Positions 52,763 through 56,784 of a stretch of 56,784 nucleotides of DNA are shown piece after piece. Source of the stretch: an uncultured Gammaproteobacteria bacterium (GTDB taxonomy: Bacteria > Pseudomonadota > Gammaproteobacteria > Enterobacterales > UBA3532); contig CAXFCR010000002.1 in the NCBI GenBank assembly GCA_964001325.1, forward strand, positions 1-56,784, in the 5' to 3' direction. The position numbers and the translations under genes were made by a program. How positions within the stretch are numbered: position 1 is the stretch's first letter; every line of letters starts with the position of its first letter. The notes below the pieces were generated by a model that saw only the letters and a list, made by a program, of their open reading frames with translations, searched no databases and had not been told where the DNA came from.

Positions 52763-54034
52763 ATGAAGAATCGTTGGCTAATCGCTGCATCAGCGGTAGG
52801 AATTCATATTTCTATCGGCTCAGTATATGCTTGGAGTGTATTTAACACCCCTATGGAAATGGCCTATGGCTGGAGTAAAAACCAGGTTGCATTAACATTC
52901 AGTTTAGCAATCTTTTTCCTTGGCCTTTCCGCTGCCATTATGGGGCATTTTGTTGAAAAACATGGCCCGAGAAAGTCAGGCTTGGTAGCTGGCACATTCT
53001 GGGGGGTAGGCATGCTAGGGGCGGGACTCGCAACCAGCATGGAAAACATGTACATGCTATGGGCGACCTATGGTGTTCTCGGCGGTATCGGCCTAGGGGT
53101 CGGTTATATCACACCGGTGTCAACACTGGTCAAATGGTTCCCTGATCGACGCGGCTTGGCTACAGGCCTTGCGATCATGGGCTTCGGCTTTGGCGCTATG
53201 ATTGGCGGCCCAATTTTCAACCAGATTATTCAAAATATAAGCATTCCAGCAACATTCTTTATCATGGGTGCAGTATATATGGTACTCATGTACGCATCAG
53301 CTTTGTATTTAGAGCGCCCTCCAGAAGGATGGATGCCCGACGGAATGAAAGCCGATATTGCTTCTGGCAAGCGTAAAAAAGTTGAAGATCTTACTCAACA
53401 AACGGCTAATGAAGCAGTTAAAACAGGCCCATTTTATGGTCTATGGGTTATGATGTTCATCAACATCAGCTGTGGAATCGCTGTTATTTACTCAGCCTCT
53501 CCACTTGCACAAGAAAGCATTGGACTGTCCCCTACTGAGGCTGCAACCATAGTTGGTATGATGGCGCTTTTCAATGGCTTGGGCCGCATTGGTTGGGCAT
53601 CTTTCTCCGATATTATTGGTCGCGGCAACACCTATATGACGTTCTTCCTGATTCAGATCGTTGCTTTCTACCTGTTACCGAATATCAGTAGTGTGCTTAT
53701 GTTCCAAGTCGTCTTATATCTTATCCTCACTTGCTACGGTGGTGGTTTCGCGACACTTCCCGCATTTATCGGTGACTTATTCGGAACAAAACAACTCGGC
53801 GCAATCCATGGCTACGTTCTAACAGCCTGGGCTGCAGCAGGCCTGACCGGGCCACAAATCGCGGCTTATGTTCGTACTGTAACTGGCAGCTACACCATGA
53901 CACTTTACATCTTCGCAGGCGTCTTCGTGGTCGCCCTTGCTGTTTCGCTGATGATGAAAGCCTATATAAAACGAGCTCAAGCGGCGAAAGACAATAACTT
54001 GGGGCAAGTTGGCCAAGCAGGCGCAGCCGCCTAG
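52763..54034 (+). CDS. MFS transporter, oxalate/formate antiporter (OFA) family
   Basis: 423 aa with 12 predicted TMs. The N-terminus NRWLIAASAVGIHISIGSVYAWSVF is typical of OFA/YhjX-like transporters. Confidence 0.8.
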   Translation: MKNRWLIAASAVGIHISIGSVYAWSVFNTPMEMAYGWSKNQVALTFSLAIFFLGLSAAIMGHFVEKHGPRKSGLVAGTFWGVGMLGAGLATSMENMYMLWATYGVLGGIGLGVGYITPVSTLVKWFPDRRGLATGLAIMGFGFGAMIGGPIFNQIIQNISIPATFFIMGAVYMVLMYASALYLERPPEGWMPDGMKADIASGKRKKVEDLTQQTANEAVKTGPFYGLWVMMFINISCGIAVIYSASPLAQESIGLSPTEAATIVGMMALFNGLGRIGWASFSDIIGRGNTYMTFFLIQIVAFYLLPNISSVLMFQVVLYLILTCYGGGFATLPAFIGDLFGTKQLGAIHGYVLTAWAAAGLTGPQIAAYVRTVTGSYTMTLYIFAGVFVVALAVSLMMKAYIKRAQAAKDNNLGQVGQAGAAA

Positions 54035-54054
54035 TTTCACTCCCTCTCCACCCA

Positions 54055-54090
54055 ACGACAAAGCGGCCTTTCGGGGCCGTTTTGTCGTTT
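54055..54090 (+). terminator. Strong 14-bp hairpin after the MFS gene
   Basis: ACGACAAAGCGGCC-tttcgg-GGCCGTTTTGTCGT followed by TT. It begins 21 nt after the stop. Confidence 0.6.
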
Positions 54091-54256
54091 AAGGCTTGTA
54101 CTCAATATTCATACAGTATATTTTATCGACCAGCCCCTTCATCTAAATGGGGTATATAACCTAACTACTGCTAGTAACTCGTCCCTTAGAGCAACATGCG
54201 TAAAGGCTGCGTTTCGGGATAGAGTTCGTCATATTAAAAAATTGAGGAGAAAAGAC

Positions 54257-56784
54257 ATGGGAGTACCCCCGTTGCCAAAATTGATTTTGGCCTTATCCAT
54301 TGGTGCAGTGCTGTCGGGCTGCGGCCTCGACTTCGGCGGAAGCGACTCATCTGATGACCCAACGCCAACCCAGCCCGAGCCAGCTCCAGAACCCGCACCT
54401 GAGCCAGAGCCGGAGCCAAGCCCGGAGCCTGAACCCGAGCCAACAGGGCCGGAAACCAGCCTTGAAGCAGGTATTAACGCAGGCCGGGCCATGTATGTTA
54501 GAGGCATTGGTGGCGACTGGGGAACCAACAGTCCTATGACGTTCGATGCCGAAACAGGGGTCTACTCTGCTATTTTGGCTAGCGAGGGAACCCAAGAATT
54601 ATTCAAGGTAGCCGATGAGGGCTGGGATGCCATATATAACTGCGGTTTAGGGCCAAGCAGCGCTGGCACGGTTCAACCGCTTGAGCAAGTCGTCGACCTG
54701 TTCTGTGCAGGTGGATATGATGCTGCAGACGTTGGCATGGTCATGGATGCGACTTCTTATGCATTCTTTTTCCGCTATATGGGCTCCGAGGACAATGAAA
54801 CCGGCGCGGCTCAATTAGAAGTTGTCGAAGCTGGTGATCAAGGTCTAGACACCGCGGTAATCAGCCGTGCCAAGGCTCATTGGATCAGCAGTGACACCCT
54901 TGTTTGGGACTATGGTCGAACCGAAATATCCACTGCAGAACTACGCTATGACCCCGATGGAGGCATGGAAGTATCAGCGGAAGGCGTATCGGAAAGCCAA
55001 GCTATCACCCTTACTCCTGGTGCATCCCTTAGTGCTGCACAACAAGCGCAATTCCCGCACTTACGAGGCTTACCAGTATTCACCGTAGACGGCGATATGG
55101 CCCAAAAGGTCGCTGCATTACAGGGCGAAATGGTGGCCGTGGCTTTTGATGATGGCGGAACACCAGTAAAATCGACATACGTTCAATTTGGTGGCGTTCT
55201 TGACGATATGTACGCCTACGACGGTGAGCTAGGTGCGATAAAAACCGATGCAGGCTATCAGCTTCGCGTCTGGGCACCGACGGCCCTCAGCGTTAAATTA
55301 CATGTATTTGATGCGAGTAAAACAGAAGTAGCGGTCCTCGAACCGGATGCCGATGCCCCTGCTGCCGGTGTATACCAGTTCAGTGGTGGCAACGATTGGA
55401 ATGGCCAGTTCTACCAATACGAAGTGGAAGTCTACCACCCCGTGAATGGTCGAATTAACACCTTTATGGTGACCGACCCTTATTCAGTGAGCCTGTCGAC
55501 AGACAGCCAGTACTCGCAAATCATTGATCTCACCGATCCTGCACTTATGCCAGCAGGCTGGGATGCATTGGTCAAAACGTTGCCTGAACATAAAGATATT
55601 TCGCTTTACGAAGGACATGTACGAGACTTTAGTATCAGCGACGAATCAGTCGCAGCCGAACACCGTGGTAAATACTTGGCCTTTACCTACAACGGCGTTG
55701 GTGACAACAGCCTGTCAACCGGTATGCAGCACCTGATTGCATTGCAACAAGCGGGCTTAACCCATATGCACTTGCAACCGCCATTCGATATTGGCTCAGT
55801 GCCAGAGGCAGCGGATCGCCAGGTCAACTTAAGCGACCCGTTCAACCGTCTCTGTGAGAAAACCACCATCAGCAACCCGGATGACTGCGAAACCTATGGT
55901 GAACAAAGCATCCAAAGTGTTTTTGAGCAATGGGCAGCGGCCGATCCAGCAACACCTGAGATCCAGCGCATATCCAGTGCTCCTGGTCGCTTAAATGGTT
56001 TTGCCAGTGTTGATAGCTTTAACTGGGGTTACGATCCATATCACTATAACGTGCCAGAAGGCAGCTATGCGACAACGCCAGAAGGCACCGCGCGTATTCT
56101 GGAATTCCGTCAAATGGTCAAAGGCTTGGCCGATGTTGGCATCAATACAGTGATTGACGTGGTTTATAACCACACTATCGCTTCTGGTGTTAACACCATG
56201 TCAGTTCTGGATAAAGTGGTTCCACGTTATTATCACCGCCTTAATGAATCCAGTGGCGAAGTAGAAACTTCTACCTGTTGTGATAACACCGCTGCCGAAA
56301 TGGCGATGATGGAAAAACTCATCGTTGACTCCATCGTACTGTGGGCCAAGCACTATAAAGTCGACTCATTCCGTTTTGACCTTATGGGCCATTACCCACT
56401 TTCGACCATGCAAAAAGTTCAGGCAGCTCTAGCTGAGCTAACGCCAGAAGCCGATGGTGTTGATGGTAGCAAGATCTATATCTATGGTGAGGGTTGGAAC
56501 TTTGGTGAAATCGCCAACAACCGCCGTTTCACTCAGGCAACTCAAGGCAACCTGGCTGGTACTGGCATCGGTAGCTTTAATGATCGCATTCGTACCGCAG
56601 TTCGTGGACCAGACTTCCAAAATGGCCAAGATCAAGGCTTTGGTAATGGATTATTCGTGTACCCGAATGGCGTGGGCAGCAACAGTAAGTCTACGTTGTT
56701 AAGTCAAGGCGATACCATTCGTGTTAGCTTGGCGGGTAATATGCGCGACTTCCGCTTTATCGACCGCAATGGCAATGTTCAAAC
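54257..56784 (+). CDS. pulA: Pullulanase-type GH13 debranching enzyme, lipoprotein (C-terminus cut by window edge)
   Basis: Absent from the ORF track because it runs off the window. GAGGAG lies 7 nt upstream of ATG 54257. Lipobox LSG|CG, then a (P-E/A/S)n linker. Other motifs are FNWGYDPYHYNVPEGSYA, VIDVVYNH, DSFRFDLMGH and IYGEGW. Confidence 0.88.
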   Translation, partial: MGVPPLPKLILALSIGAVLSGCGLDFGGSDSSDDPTPTQPEPAPEPAPEPEPEPSPEPEPEPTGPETSLEAGINAGRAMYVRGIGGDWGTNSPMTFDAETGVYSAILASEGTQELFKVADEGWDAIYNCGLGPSSAGTVQPLEQVVDLFCAGGYDAADVGMVMDATSYAFFFRYMGSEDNETGAAQLEVVEAGDQGLDTAVISRAKAHWISSDTLVWDYGRTEISTAELRYDPDGGMEVSAEGVSESQAITLTPGASLSAAQQAQFPHLRGLPVFTVDGDMAQKVAALQGEMVAVAFDDGGTPVKSTYVQFGGVLDDMYAYDGELGAIKTDAGYQLRVWAPTALSVKLHVFDASKTEVAVLEPDADAPAAGVYQFSGGNDWNGQFYQYEVEVYHPVNGRINTFMVTDPYSVSLSTDSQYSQIIDLTDPALMPAGWDALVKTLPEHKDISLYEGHVRDFSISDESVAAEHRGKYLAFTYNGVGDNSLSTGMQHLIALQQAGLTHMHLQPPFDIGSVPEAADRQVNLSDPFNRLCEKTTISNPDDCETYGEQSIQSVFEQWAAADPATPEIQRISSAPGRLNGFASVDSFNWGYDPYHYNVPEGSYATTPEGTARILEFRQMVKGLADVGINTVIDVVYNHTIASGVNTMSVLDKVVPRYYHRLNESSGEVETSTCCDNTAAEMAMMEKLIVDSIVLWAKHYKVDSFRFDLMGHYPLSTMQKVQAALAELTPEADGVDGSKIYIYGEGWNFGEIANNRRFTQATQGNLAGTGIGSFNDRIRTAVRGPDFQNGQDQGFGNGLFVYPNGVGSNSKSTLLSQGDTIRVSLAGNMRDFRFIDRNGNVQ

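Noticed and set aside
1-56784. Defence island, prophage, integron, toxin-antitoxin or transposase content (the 'novel system' prompt)
   Set aside because: Every ORF of at least 150 aa could be assigned to a housekeeping or metabolic family by motif. There are no recombinases, nucleases, ATPase/helicase pairs, reverse transcriptases or short bicistronic TA-like pairs. I therefore do not claim a novel protein system. The repeat families and the small ureG-adjacent ORF are the best leads.

Overview
This is a 56.8-kb chromosomal window from a probably marine gammaproteobacterium with Pseudomonas/Oceanospirillales-like synteny. About 55 protein genes are supported, and nearly all are core or housekeeping.

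Gene content in order:
- Type IV minor-pilin genes: pilW (cut by the left edge), pilV and a fimT/fimU-like gene.
- An LPS-core block, msbA-waaG-waaP-GT4 facing LPS-kinase-waaF. The latter pair is translationally coupled to a small Zn-finger gene and glnE.
- moaA and ygiF (CYTH-CHAD).
- A DUF47-PiT phosphate transporter pair preceded by Pho-box-like repeats.
- A ygiM-like SH3 protein, galU, a GH13_18 sucrose-phosphorylase-family gene with a small HAD-like ORF, and yceI-cybB.
- A complete urea block, urtABCDE-ureD / ureABCEFG.
- yrfG and a TIGR02001-type outer-membrane protein with a sigma54-type promoter.
- An orphan SLT-like ORF, ubiT, a dcyD-like gene, a membrane protein, VOC, OsmC and crp/vfr.
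- A lipoprotein plus secreted alpha-amylase wedge, then trpEGDC.
- A CPXCG Zn protein, an HPt-REC-REC-GGDEF*-EAL protein and an OFA-family MFS transporter preceded by two FNR boxes.
- A pullulanase lipoprotein (cut by the right edge).

I saw no rRNA, tRNA, CRISPR array, integrase, transposase or recognisable defence gene, and I could not support a novel multi-gene protein system.

The signals not explained by ordinary annotation are at the DNA/RNA level or are very small:
1. Family A is a long imperfect palindrome of about 136-186 bp with three copies. All three sit in 5' leaders, of moaA, ureA and yrfG. One copy splits ureD from ureA and is flanked by a 10-bp direct duplication. The arms show compensatory base changes between copies.
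2. Family B is a 282-bp element with perfect 34-bp terminal inverted repeats enclosing two 19-bp stem-loops. A truncated remnant lies about 20 kb away.
3. An unannotated 51-codon ORF follows ureG. It encodes a signal peptide, a His-rich segment and a TM anchor, and it is preceded by four to five tandem 15-mers.
4. Regulatory architecture is readable directly: sigma54/NtrC-type sites, Pho-box-like repeats, FNR boxes and a candidate Trp-codon leader.

All functional calls come from motif recognition by eye. No database search was run.
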